Assembly (NCBI GenBank): GCA_963729625.1
Contig: CAVSOU010000008.1
Location: forward strand, 416,001 to 480,000
Source: an uncultured bacterium
GTDB taxonomy: Bacteria > Chloroflexota > UBA5177 > JANWHV01
DNA: 64,000 nucleotides
Reading direction: 5' to 3'
The notes beneath the pieces were generated by a model. The model searched no databases, had not been told where the DNA came from, and saw only the letters and a program-made list of their open reading frames with translations. Position numbers and translations under genes: made by a program. Each line of letters begins with the position of its first letter. Positions within the stretch are counted from its first letter, which is position 1. Positions 40,484 to 50,075 of this stretch are shown here, one piece after another.

Positions 40484-41655
40484 TCGCCTTGACGCTCCGC
40501 TCACCTGCGGTCGTGCTCGCCACGCTGCTTACCGTCCTGGCGTCCCTCGGTCCCGCGCATGCCGCCGTCCCGCCGGCACGTCCCGTTATCCTGCAGGCCG
40601 CGATGAGCGATCCCACGCACTTTACCGCGGTCGCCGCCGGCGCCGGCGCCGCGATGCCGGGCGTCCTGCGCGTGGATGGGCGGGTACTGACTCTTTCCCA
40701 TGGTACGCTCGGGCGCTCGGGCGACGCGGCGTACCGCTTCGATCTTGCCGCGCGCCGGGTGCCCCGCTTCACCGGGCCGGCGCGGTTCCAGTTCTGCCTT
40801 CGCAGTGTCTGCCGCTCGGGCGCCATCCCGCTCCCGGTGGCCGTCATTCACGGTGTGCTGGGAGATCTGGCGGGACTGCTCGGCGCCGGCGATCCCTATC
40901 CTCCGTTGCTCGCCGCTCTGCGGTCCGTCGGCTATACCGATACCGGGCCTTATTCTACGCTCGCCTATATTGACTATCCTTCCTCGGCGGCATTGCTCGA
41001 CCTGCTGGCGCCCAATAACCCTCTGGTTCCCGCGCTGTATGGCGACGGCGTGGCCGCGTTTGCTTCCCGCTACCTGGCGCCGGGCGTGCGGGCGCTGCTG
41101 GCGGGATCCTATGCCGCGCATGTAGACCTTGTAGGGCATAGTATGGGCGGCTTGATCGCCCGCGCCTATGTGGCTGAGCCGGGCATGGCGTCAACGGTGC
41201 GCTCGATCATCCTGCTTGGCACGCCAAATCAGGGCAGCGCCGCCACCTTTGAGGCGCTCGGTCCCAGAACAGAGCTGCCCGCGACCGCGCGCGACCTCTT
41301 ACCCACCTATCCGTATCTCAAAGACGCCGAGACCGGGCGCTTCCATCGGCCACCTGTTGCCAATGCCTACCTGCCGGTGTTGAACCGGGAGAAGCTGCCG
41401 GCCGGCGTGCGCTTCGTCTGCATCTATGGCCGCGCCACGGCTACCGACAGCGTCCTGCTTGTGCATGGCAGCGACGACGTCGTGGTCGGCGCCGTCAAAG
41501 TGCCTGGCGATGGGACGGTCACCGCGGCCAGCGCGCTGTTGCCGGGCGCGCGTGCGATCCCGCTCGACGACGGCGTGCGGCACACGGATCTGCCGCGCGA
41601 TCGGCGCGCGCAGGCGCTGATCGTCGGGCTGCTGGCCGGCCACCCAACCGGGTGA
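40480..41655 (+). CDS. Secreted alpha/beta hydrolase (lipase/LCAT-like)
   Basis: Signal peptide, GHSMGG, LGTPNQGS, GDGTV, C-terminal His. Confidence 0.85.
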   Translation: MIALTLRSPAVVLATLLTVLASLGPAHAAVPPARPVILQAAMSDPTHFTAVAAGAGAAMPGVLRVDGRVLTLSHGTLGRSGDAAYRFDLAARRVPRFTGPARFQFCLRSVCRSGAIPLPVAVIHGVLGDLAGLLGAGDPYPPLLAALRSVGYTDTGPYSTLAYIDYPSSAALLDLLAPNNPLVPALYGDGVAAFASRYLAPGVRALLAGSYAAHVDLVGHSMGGLIARAYVAEPGMASTVRSIILLGTPNQGSAATFEALGPRTELPATARDLLPTYPYLKDAETGRFHRPPVANAYLPVLNREKLPAGVRFVCIYGRATATDSVLLVHGSDDVVVGAVKVPGDGTVTAASALLPGARAIPLDDGVRHTDLPRDRRAQALIVGLLAGHPTG

Positions 41656-41691
41656 TAGCCGGAACGTTTCATATGGTCCACGATCTGTGGC

Positions 41692-42486
41692 ATGAACGAC
41701 GTACTTCGAGATCTCGAGGCTACCAGGGCTTCTCAGCCAGCCGATGCGCTTCCAGATCTGATCATGGAGCATACAGAGTTCTTTGCTACGCTCTCGCACG
41801 AGCTCCGCACTCCCCTGGCCACGCTCAAGGGATTCGGCCAGACCCTCCTGGAACATTGGGAGCAATTGCCGGACGAGCGCAAGCGACAGCACGTCGAATA
41901 CATGCTTCGCTCAACGCAGCGCCTCGAGCGGCTGGTGGGCGACATTTCGCTCTCCGCCCATCTGGTGGACGGAGTTGCCCTCAGCCCGGCTTTCGTGACG
42001 GTAGATGACGCGGTAACGCAGGGCGTCCACGAAGCGCGCGCTCTCTATCCCGGTCGCACGTTCCACATCCTGCCGCCGGGATCGACACGGCAGATCTGGG
42101 CCGATCGCGAGCGCCTGCTCCAGGTGCTGGTAAATCTGCTGGACAACGCGGCAAAGTACTCGCCTGCGGACCAGTCCATCAGTATCTGCTGGTCCGATCA
42201 CGGGCCACAGGTGCGAATCGAGATTCGCGATGCGGGCCTGAGCCTCACGCGCGAGGAACGGGAATGCCTCTTCGTCCGCCGCGGCCGCCTGCATTCCGCC
42301 GGACATGTCGCGCGCGCGGCCCCTGGCTCGGGCCTTGGACTCTACATCTGCAAAGGACTGGTGGAGGCCATGCACGGCGCCATCGGCACCAGGGCAGGCG
42401 AGGACGGCCTGGGCAACGTCTTCTGGTTCACGCTGCCGGTCGCGGATACGTATACGGATGCGGAGCGGGTCGCCGTCGCCAGCTAA
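41692..42486 (+). CDS. Histidine kinase (HisKA + HATPase, no sensor domain)
   Basis: SHELRTPL, NLLDNAAKYS, GSGLGL. Confidence 0.9.
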   Translation: MNDVLRDLEATRASQPADALPDLIMEHTEFFATLSHELRTPLATLKGFGQTLLEHWEQLPDERKRQHVEYMLRSTQRLERLVGDISLSAHLVDGVALSPAFVTVDDAVTQGVHEARALYPGRTFHILPPGSTRQIWADRERLLQVLVNLLDNAAKYSPADQSISICWSDHGPQVRIEIRDAGLSLTREERECLFVRRGRLHSAGHVARAAPGSGLGLYICKGLVEAMHGAIGTRAGEDGLGNVFWFTLPVADTYTDAERVAVAS

Positions 42487-42609
42487 GGTGAATGAATCGG
42501 CCTCCGGCTGCGGCCGGATGGAAGCGGGCGTGGACCACCGGCTGCAGCCTCAGCCGGTGGCCGTGCCCGGTTGTTGACAGGCCGGCGTGCCGGTCCTTAC
42601 CATTTCCGG

Positions 42610-45141
42610 ATGCTTGACTCCCGGCCGCTGGGTTCCTTCCTTTTGCGCATGCGGCTGACCTGGCTTCCAGGCCGCGCCTGGTGGCCGCCCCTGCTCTTGC
42701 TCCTGCTCCCTATCCTCGTGTTCCGCCAGGGCCTCGGCACCGGCACGCCGCCGTTCGGCGGCGACATCCTGGTGCTCAACTACCCGCTCCTGGCGATGAT
42801 CAAGCGCCAGATGCTGCATGGCCTGTTGCCGCTCTGGAATACCTGGGCGGGCGGCGGTTACCCGCTCGTGCCGTTTAGCGGGCTCGTCGCCTATCCGCTG
42901 ATCTGGCCTCTTGGGTTCCTCGACGTGCGCGACGCGATCACGGTGATGGACATGGCGCATATGGCGATCGCCGGCCTTGGCGTCTATCTTCTGGGCAACA
43001 TCACCGGAGCCGGACGCCTTGGACGCACGATCGGTGCCCTGGCCTTCGCGCTCTCCGGCTTCATGATCGCTCACGTATATGCCGGGCATCTGCTGGAAAT
43101 GGGCGTGATCGCCTGGATGCCCTGGGTGTTTTATACTGCTCAGTGCCTGGTGGATCGGCCAACTGTCGGCCGGGCGCTCGCGTTCGGCACGGCGCTTGGC
43201 CTTCAGGTCCTGGCGAACGGTCTTGGCTTTCTCGTGTTCACTGCCTACCCCGTCGCCATCGTGCTCGCTCTGGGCGTGGTGGCAGCCATCCGGCGCCAGG
43301 GCCGCGCCGGTCTGCGCCTGCTCGCGCTGAGCGTCCTGAGCGTGGCCGTGGGCGCAGGGCTGTCCGCTGTGGTGCTGCTGCCGTTTGCCCAGTCATTGGG
43401 CTGGAGCGTCCGGGCCGGAGGTCTCGACTTCGCGGGCGCCACGCAGATCTCGCTGCCGCCGGCAGCCCTGCTGATGCTATTTTCGCCCGGCGCTGTCGGC
43501 ACCGGCCCGGATAATACTTTCTGGCTCAATCAGTTCAGCCAGGGCTACTGGCATGAATTCGCGCTCTACGTGGGGCTCGTGCCCCTGCTCGCTGCCGCCG
43601 TGGCCGCGATCTCCTGCCGTCGCTGCCCTCACGTCACTTTCTATGTGTGGCTGACGCTGATCGGACTGGTGCTGGCGCTCGGCAGCTACACGCCCGTCTA
43701 TGGGGTCGTCTTTCATCTGCCCGCGATCAGCCTGGTGCGCGTGCCCGCGCGCTGGCTGCTGCTGTGCATGCTCGGCGTGTCCGTGCTTGCCGGCCCCGGC
43801 GTGGACTGGCTGATGCAGCAACGCCTGGGGGCGCGTGCCCTGCTGCACGCGCTTCGTTGGCCCCTGGCCGGGAGCCTGGCGCTGATTGTCGTGCTGGTGG
43901 CAGGCGTGCAGGCGGAATACATGCTGGCCGGAAACATCGATCTGCAGCCGCGATTCTTTACCACCCTGTTCCCCGCGGGCGGCCGGCTGCTCTTGTTCTG
44001 CGGCATCCTGGCGCTGCTGCTGGGCTGCCACGCGGACCGGTTGATCCGCGCTTCCGCCACCGGCGCCCTGCTGCTGGCTTTCACCGTGCTCGATCTGTGG
44101 ACGGCTGAAAGCGGCTCGGTCCTGTTCGTCGATCCTTCGGCGTTCTACCAACCCACCGCGGTAAGCACGCTGGTGCATGAGGATCCGTCCAGCTACCGGG
44201 TGCTCACGCTGCCGGCTGGAGCCGTTCCCCGCACGATGCCCTATCGCCAGGGCATGGTAACCGGCGACATCTATGATGCCGAAGACTTCGCGCCTATCAC
44301 CATGAGCAACTACTTCACGATCACGCACCCCAAGAATCCGGCACACCCGATCTCATACGCCAACGCCCGCGACCTGATCACCTGCTATGATCAGCGCTTT
44401 GCCACGCTGCTGGGTATCACCGAGGTGGTAACCGCCGCGCCGTTTAGCAGCGACCGCCTCTGCCAGACGCCGAACGTCGGCATGCCGCGCCTGGCACTGC
44501 GCTCGGCCGCTGTATCCGAAAGCTGGACGGTGCAAAACGGCACGAGCTGGAATACCACCTGGTTCCAGAACATCGCCTACGTGTACCGGAATACGGCCGC
44601 CCTGCCGCGCGCCTTTCTGGTGCCCGCGAGCGCGGCTACCGCGCAGCCCTCGTCTGCCGCGCAGCTGGCGGCCGTGCTGGACCCGGCTTTCGACGGCGCC
44701 CACCACGCGGTCTACGACCCCGGCGCCCGGCAGCCGCCGCTGGGCCTCGGCTTTCTGGAGGATGCCTGGGCCGGCGTGCTCAGGCCAGCCTCGCTGCCCT
44801 TTCCCCCGGATCTGCCTGCCGGGCAGGCCCGCGTGATTGCCGACAGCGGGAACAGCGTGCACGTGGCGATAGACGCGGCGCAGGCATCTCTTCTGGTGCT
44901 TGACGACACGTACTATCCCGGCTGGCAGGTGTGGATCGACGGCAAGCGCGCCGGTGTCCACCAGGCGGATTACGTGTTGCGCGCAGTGCCTGTGCCCGCC
45001 GGCAAGCACCTGCTGGTGTTCACCTACGCGCCGCTTTCCTACCTGGTTGGGCTCCTGTGCACGTGCGGGACCGCGCTCCTGGTCGCCGGCGCCGCCCTCT
45101 TCCTGGCTCTGAAGGGTCACGGCAGGCCGCGCTTGCCCTGA
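42610..45141 (+). CDS. YfhO-like GT-C membrane protein
   Basis: LPLWN..GGYP, many TM helices, ALPRAF, DTYYPGWQVWIDG. Confidence 0.82.
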   Translation: MLDSRPLGSFLLRMRLTWLPGRAWWPPLLLLLLPILVFRQGLGTGTPPFGGDILVLNYPLLAMIKRQMLHGLLPLWNTWAGGGYPLVPFSGLVAYPLIWPLGFLDVRDAITVMDMAHMAIAGLGVYLLGNITGAGRLGRTIGALAFALSGFMIAHVYAGHLLEMGVIAWMPWVFYTAQCLVDRPTVGRALAFGTALGLQVLANGLGFLVFTAYPVAIVLALGVVAAIRRQGRAGLRLLALSVLSVAVGAGLSAVVLLPFAQSLGWSVRAGGLDFAGATQISLPPAALLMLFSPGAVGTGPDNTFWLNQFSQGYWHEFALYVGLVPLLAAAVAAISCRRCPHVTFYVWLTLIGLVLALGSYTPVYGVVFHLPAISLVRVPARWLLLCMLGVSVLAGPGVDWLMQQRLGARALLHALRWPLAGSLALIVVLVAGVQAEYMLAGNIDLQPRFFTTLFPAGGRLLLFCGILALLLGCHADRLIRASATGALLLAFTVLDLWTAESGSVLFVDPSAFYQPTAVSTLVHEDPSSYRVLTLPAGAVPRTMPYRQGMVTGDIYDAEDFAPITMSNYFTITHPKNPAHPISYANARDLITCYDQRFATLLGITEVVTAAPFSSDRLCQTPNVGMPRLALRSAAVSESWTVQNGTSWNTTWFQNIAYVYRNTAALPRAFLVPASAATAQPSSAAQLAAVLDPAFDGAHHAVYDPGARQPPLGLGFLEDAWAGVLRPASLPFPPDLPAGQARVIADSGNSVHVAIDAAQASLLVLDDTYYPGWQVWIDGKRAGVHQADYVLRAVPVPAGKHLLVFTYAPLSYLVGLLCTCGTALLVAGAALFLALKGHGRPRLP

Positions 45142-45174
45142 AACCATTGGTCTAGAACTGCCATTGGACACGCT

Positions 45175-46203
45175 CTATGCGGGCGCAGGAGTGCCGGTTG
45201 AGCCGGAGGTCCCCTGCTGATCCATCTCGCTCACGGGCAAAGCGGTTTCCTGAAGGTCACGAGCCTCCTCGACGGCACCCAGGCACAGGAGTGCCGCCGT
45301 GCGCAACCGTATGATCTCCTGCTCGGGCTTGCTCTCCGGCGTCTCGAGAATCGCCGGTATGCCGGCCAGTCCCGGGTGTGTCAGCCACGCGGCAAGTCCC
45401 GCATAGCCGATGTTGCCCTGGCCGAGATGGGTGTGCTGATCGCGGTGGCTTGCAAGGGCCATCGGCGAGTCATTCACGTGCAGGACCCGCACGAGCGGTA
45501 TGCCTACAGTGCGATCGATCTCCTCGACGGTTCGCTCCACCCCTTCGGCCGTACGAATGTCGTGGCCGGCCCCCCACAGGTGCGCCGTGTCGATACAGAC
45601 GCCGATCCGTGGGTGGGCAATATCGCGCAGCAGCGTTGCCAGTGCATCGAAGTTATCGGCAATGGCGTTACCGGACCCTACATTGTTCTCCAACAAGAGA
45701 TAGAGTCCGTCCGGCATGCCGTCAAGGGCGAAATGCACGGCGTCGACGAGACGTGCGGTGCCTGCCTCGTGTCCCGTTCCCTTGTGGCTGCCGAGATGCA
45801 CGATCACATAGAGCGCGCCAAGCTCAACCCCGCGCGATAGAGCGTTGCGAATCGCCTGGCGCGAGTTCCCGTAGACAAGCTCCTCCGGCGAGGCCAGGTT
45901 GATCAGATAGGGCGCGTGGATAACCAGGGGCCGCACGCCGGCATCAGCCCAGGCCGCGCGCATGGCTGTCGCCAGGTCGGCCGGCATTGGCACGTGCCTC
46001 CAGCCCTTGGGATTGCCCGGGAATATCTGCACCGCAGTGCAGCCGAGCCGCGAGGCCTGGGTGATAGTCTGTGCCATCCCGGGACCTGTTCCCAGGTGCC
46101 GCCCGAGCGGGCGCGACAGCGCGGGAAGGGCGTATGTCTGGGCCACGTCGTCGCCGGCGACGCGCGCGGTGGGCGCCGCTTGCTGCTGCCGGTCTGTCCC
46201 CAT
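45175..46203 (-). CDS. nfo: Endonuclease IV
   Basis: HAPYLINL, HLGS, LLEN, CIDTAH, HVNDS, DQHTHLG, ILETP. Confidence 0.92.
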   Translation of the reverse strand: MGTDRQQQAAPTARVAGDDVAQTYALPALSRPLGRHLGTGPGMAQTITQASRLGCTAVQIFPGNPKGWRHVPMPADLATAMRAAWADAGVRPLVIHAPYLINLASPEELVYGNSRQAIRNALSRGVELGALYVIVHLGSHKGTGHEAGTARLVDAVHFALDGMPDGLYLLLENNVGSGNAIADNFDALATLLRDIAHPRIGVCIDTAHLWGAGHDIRTAEGVERTVEEIDRTVGIPLVRVLHVNDSPMALASHRDQHTHLGQGNIGYAGLAAWLTHPGLAGIPAILETPESKPEQEIIRLRTAALLCLGAVEEARDLQETALPVSEMDQQGTSGSTGTPAPA

Positions 46204-46435
46204 GCTGCTCTCCTCGGTGTTAGTCGGGCGCGACACTGTAGTATCCAGCCAGGTTGTTGCTTCGCCCGGCAGCCCTGTTCGTGGAAGCCTGGCCCTAAAG
46301 GGCCATGGTAGAGCACGACGGCTAAAGCCGGCCGGCGGGCAATCGGAGCTCGCGTCCCGGGCGTACGTTGTTTCGGATGGCAGAAACAGCGAGTGCCTGC
46401 CGCGGTCAAGTCCAGGGTAGCATAGTGTTGCGCGA

Positions 46436-47002
46436 CTACCGGGCTGCGTACAGCCGGGCGCGTACCCGCTGCACCAGGATCTCGTCGACGAGGGTCCAGC
46501 CCCATGCCGGCTTGATCCGAGGCCGCTTGAGCGGCGTCACGACGATCAGAGCCGGCGACAGGCGGCTCAGCGCAAAGCACAGCGTGGGAAGACGAGATTC
46601 CTCCAGGAGATGAAGGGCAAAGCTGCAGACGATCAGGCTGAAACGCTGTCCGGCCAGCGCGCCCCAGGCGATGTTCTCGAAGCTCAGCGGTAGGGCGGGC
46701 GTGCCGGTCCGCGCCAGGTAAGATTCGCCGGTAAACGGATCCGCGCCTTCCACGGTAGCGCCCAGTTCGCGCAGGGCCAGGGTTGCCTCGCCGCTGCCGC
46801 AGGCAAGGTCGAGGACACGGCTGAGATCGAGCTTCCAGCCAGGCACGGCTTGCGCCAGGACCGCCCGTACGATGTGCTCGTGCGGATTCCGGTAATCGCC
46901 GCCGTGTTGCCGGTAGAACTCCTGAGGCCCCACGCGTTCGTACGCGGCACGAATGGCTTCGTCACCTCTGGCGGTACCGCGTCCGGTCAGGTCGCGCGGC
47001 AC
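46436..47002 (-). CDS. Class I SAM-dependent methyltransferase
   Basis: VLDLACGSG, CSFALH. Confidence 0.82.
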   Translation of the reverse strand: MPRDLTGRGTARGDEAIRAAYERVGPQEFYRQHGGDYRNPHEHIVRAVLAQAVPGWKLDLSRVLDLACGSGEATLALRELGATVEGADPFTGESYLARTGTPALPLSFENIAWGALAGQRFSLIVCSFALHLLEESRLPTLCFALSRLSPALIVVTPLKRPRIKPAWGWTLVDEILVQRVRARLYAAR

Positions 47003-47053
47003 GATCGGCGCGAGACTGCCGGGGCCGGCAGGCTGCAGGTGCTCATAGAAAAT

Positions 47054-47563
47054 TCAGTCCGGAATGCCGATAGCCTGGTGTACCTCGACGCGCTCGTGGC
47101 GTGCCGCGTGCTCGTGCCTGACCGCCAGATGCGTCAGCGTCCAGGTCAAGCGCGAGTTCACGACGTAGTTCCAGATCGTACCGGTACCGATGGCGATGAG
47201 ATTGGCGATCAGATAGTGCATGCCGATGCCGAGGGTCAACACGGCGAGCATGCTGAGCGAGATAAGCGCGCCGCCTCCGGCGATGGCATTGTAGCGAAGC
47301 ATGCGCACGACCCAGTTGTAGCGCGAATGGGCGTCGCGAAAGGTCCAGCGGTCGTTCATGGCAAAGTTGCTGAGAATTGCCGTCTCGGTGGCGACCACCG
47401 CAGCCAGCATGTGATTCCAGCCTCCCAGCTGTACCAGCAGATAGAGGATGCCCATGTTCACCACGGCGCCGATGCCGCCGACCACGCCGAAGCGCGCGAA
47501 GCGGTGGGCGTGTGCCAGGAGGCCAGGTTGGCTGGGTGATGTAGCGGTTTGCTCCCCGATCAT
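47054..47563 (-). CDS. GtrA-family membrane protein
   Basis: RFGVVGG, NFAMNDRWTF, WNYVVNSRLTW; start uncertain. Confidence 0.85.
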   Translation of the reverse strand: MIGEQTATSPSQPGLLAHAHRFARFGVVGGIGAVVNMGILYLLVQLGGWNHMLAAVVATETAILSNFAMNDRWTFRDAHSRYNWVVRMLRYNAIAGGGALISLSMLAVLTLGIGMHYLIANLIAIGTGTIWNYVVNSRLTWTLTHLAVRHEHAARHERVEVHQAIGIPD

Positions 47564-47909
47564 ACCGGCAGGCCCTCGCGCTGCCCGGCGTGACGGTTGC
47601 GTCGAGGACGTGAGCGTTTGACACTCGCGCGTACTGACACGATCTCTCCTTTTGTGCAGACAGCGACGCCGTCCGCGTAGTTGACAGATAACGACGCTCC
47701 TTACCGGGAGCATTGACGAGTCAAGTCAATCGGCCCACGGGGAATTGATAGCCTGGGCAAGCGCTGCTCCATGGCAGCAGGGCCGAGCTGCCGGCGCCGT
47801 AGCCACACGCTGGTAAGCGTAACCGGAAGATGTGTCTTGCGCAAAATCTACGAGCGGACAATGCGCCGCCCTGCTGGCCGGGACGGAAGCGGCGGCGATG
47901 ATCGAGGTG

Positions 47910-48046
47910 CGGCATATCGGCTCGCGGCACGCTATGCACGCCGCGCTCGAGATCGCTGAGTCCGCGCGTACTGATGCCTGCTCGATCTGCCATCGCCTCC
48001 TGCGTGAGACCGGCCCGGCCGCGGAAGCGACGCAGCCTGTGTCGCC
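47910..48046 (-). pseudogene. XRE-family HTH fragment
   Basis: LRRFRGRAGLTQEAMADRAGISTRGLSDLERG..P with no convincing start or downstream domain. Confidence 0.6.
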
Positions 48047-48254
48047 GGCGGGGAGATCGGGTGAGAGTATTCGAGAGTGGTTGTGCTGTCGGTGACAGCT
48101 TTCCCGCGCCTACCATGATGCTGTGTTCGGAGATGCGCGCCATCCAATGTCTCGCTACCTGCCTATGGGAAGCCCGGCTGGACAGGAGAACGGAGATCAT
48201 GCATGCGGCGAGGACGGTTGGCTTGATGGGCCGGCAGAAACGGACGAATCAACC

Positions 48255-50075
48255 ATGACCGCGACACGATCCCTGGTGGCGGCGATAGTAGGTATCGACG
48301 GCTCGGGAAAGAGCACGGCCTTCCATGGCGCGCTAGGCGTGCTGGCAGCCCGCATGCGGGTGGTAGGCATCGGGAGCAGCGTCTGGAGCGGCGGCCCAAA
48401 CGAACCCCTTCACGAGCGCCTGGATATTCCACTGTCCCGCGGCACTGCCGCCGTCGGGCGATGGGCAAAGGCAGTACATTGGCAGCGCTTGTACAAGTAT
48501 CTCAAGTTCTTCGAGCTCGCCGAACAGGCCCAATTGTGCGAGTATGCGGCGAGCCACGATCGGCCCGACGTGATCCTGACCGACGGCCAGCCCCTGATCA
48601 ACACGGCGGCCTGGTGCGCCGCGCGCTTCTACAAGCACGAACTGGTCGATGACGACGCTGAGCTCTGCCACGTCCTGGAGTACCTGGCGGGCGACCGGTC
48701 GATTCCGGCTCGCTCGCTGCCCCACTACCTGCGGCACTCCTGGCAGTTGGTCGCGTGCAACACGCTGCGGCTCGCCCAGCTCAAGCGCCCGGATATAGTC
48801 TTCTTCCTGGAGACAAGCCCCGCTATGGCCATGGCCCGCATCCGGGCGCGCGGCGTGCCGCTGCAGGTACACGAAACGGAGGCGTTTCTTACCGATCTGG
48901 ACCGGGCCTATGCTCGCGTCTGCCGGTTGGTCCATGAGCGACACGGCGTCGCGCTGTTGCGTATTCCCAGTGGCGAAATGTCGCAGGCGGCGGTCGTGCA
49001 AACCGTAGCCGATACAGCGGAGGAGCATGCAATGGATATGCACGCTGGTGATACAGCCGGGCAGTCTCGGCCGGGCAGCATCGCGGTCATTGCCACGACG
49101 ATGTCCGGCTCGATCCAGGATCAGCTGAAGGTCCCGTTGCTCGAGCCGGAGTTTCGCGCGCGGACGGCCAGGCCGGTTCAGGTGTACGCGGCGGACAGCC
49201 ACCCCCAGGCCCAGGCGCTGGCGCACGAGGTCGTCGCCGCCGGCGGCCGCCTGCTTGTCTCTGCCGGCGGTGGAGGTACCTTCAACGCCGTCCTGGAAGG
49301 CGCTCACCTGGAAGGTGGCGTGCCTCCGGATCTGCGCCTCGCGTTCCTGCGCAAGGGGTCCGCGGATCTGATCGGCAAGGTGCTGGGCATTCCGGACCAG
49401 CTACCGGCCGCCGTGCAGGCCATCGTGGACGGCATCGAGAGCGACCACTGCATTGCCGCCGATGTCCTTGCCGTGGATGCCGCAGTGCCCGGCGGTGCGC
49501 CGCGGAGGCGCCACCTCATCGGGTTCGGCGGCTTCGGCATATTCGGCGAGGTGCCGCGCATCAGCGAGACGCGGCTGATCAAGGTCTATAAGGGTCTGCT
49601 GGGGACGCTATTCGGCGATCTCGGCCCCTTCTACGTGGCCATCATATGTTCGACCCTGTGGTGGCTCAGCCGACACCTGACCGGACATGTGCGTCCCAGC
49701 ATCCTCGTGCTGGATGGAAACAAGCTCCCGTCGGCAACCTGGGCCTCCGTCTTTGTGCTCAACGGCGATTTGGGAGAGGAATTCCCGCTCGGCAAAAGCC
49801 TCTTGTTGTCGAGCGGAGATTTCAGAGTAGTCGCCCTGCGCTATCGAGGCGTTTACCAGACACTGCGCCAGATGATGGCCTGCCGCAGCGGCGCCATCCT
49901 CGATAGTCCCGAGCGCTACGGTGCCATCGTGCGAACCGTGCGATGCCTGGAAGTGCGCCCAGCTTCGAGGCGCCCGTACATGGTCAATGTCGATGGGCTT
50001 CGCATGCTCACGCAAGGCCCTGTACACATCTCGGTTTCGGGTCAGGTAAGGTTGGTGGCAGGATGGAAACGCTGA
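48255..50075 (+). CDS. Fusion: thymidylate-kinase-like P-loop domain + diacylglycerol-kinase-fold domain
   Basis: GIDGSGKST and PDIVFFLE..AMARIRARG..HE; then VSAGGGGTFNAV, KGSADL..VLGIP, VNVDG. Confidence 0.75.
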   Translation: MTATRSLVAAIVGIDGSGKSTAFHGALGVLAARMRVVGIGSSVWSGGPNEPLHERLDIPLSRGTAAVGRWAKAVHWQRLYKYLKFFELAEQAQLCEYAASHDRPDVILTDGQPLINTAAWCAARFYKHELVDDDAELCHVLEYLAGDRSIPARSLPHYLRHSWQLVACNTLRLAQLKRPDIVFFLETSPAMAMARIRARGVPLQVHETEAFLTDLDRAYARVCRLVHERHGVALLRIPSGEMSQAAVVQTVADTAEEHAMDMHAGDTAGQSRPGSIAVIATTMSGSIQDQLKVPLLEPEFRARTARPVQVYAADSHPQAQALAHEVVAAGGRLLVSAGGGGTFNAVLEGAHLEGGVPPDLRLAFLRKGSADLIGKVLGIPDQLPAAVQAIVDGIESDHCIAADVLAVDAAVPGGAPRRRHLIGFGGFGIFGEVPRISETRLIKVYKGLLGTLFGDLGPFYVAIICSTLWWLSRHLTGHVRPSILVLDGNKLPSATWASVFVLNGDLGEEFPLGKSLLLSSGDFRVVALRYRGVYQTLRQMMACRSGAILDSPERYGAIVRTVRCLEVRPASRRPYMVNVDGLRMLTQGPVHISVSGQVRLVAGWKR

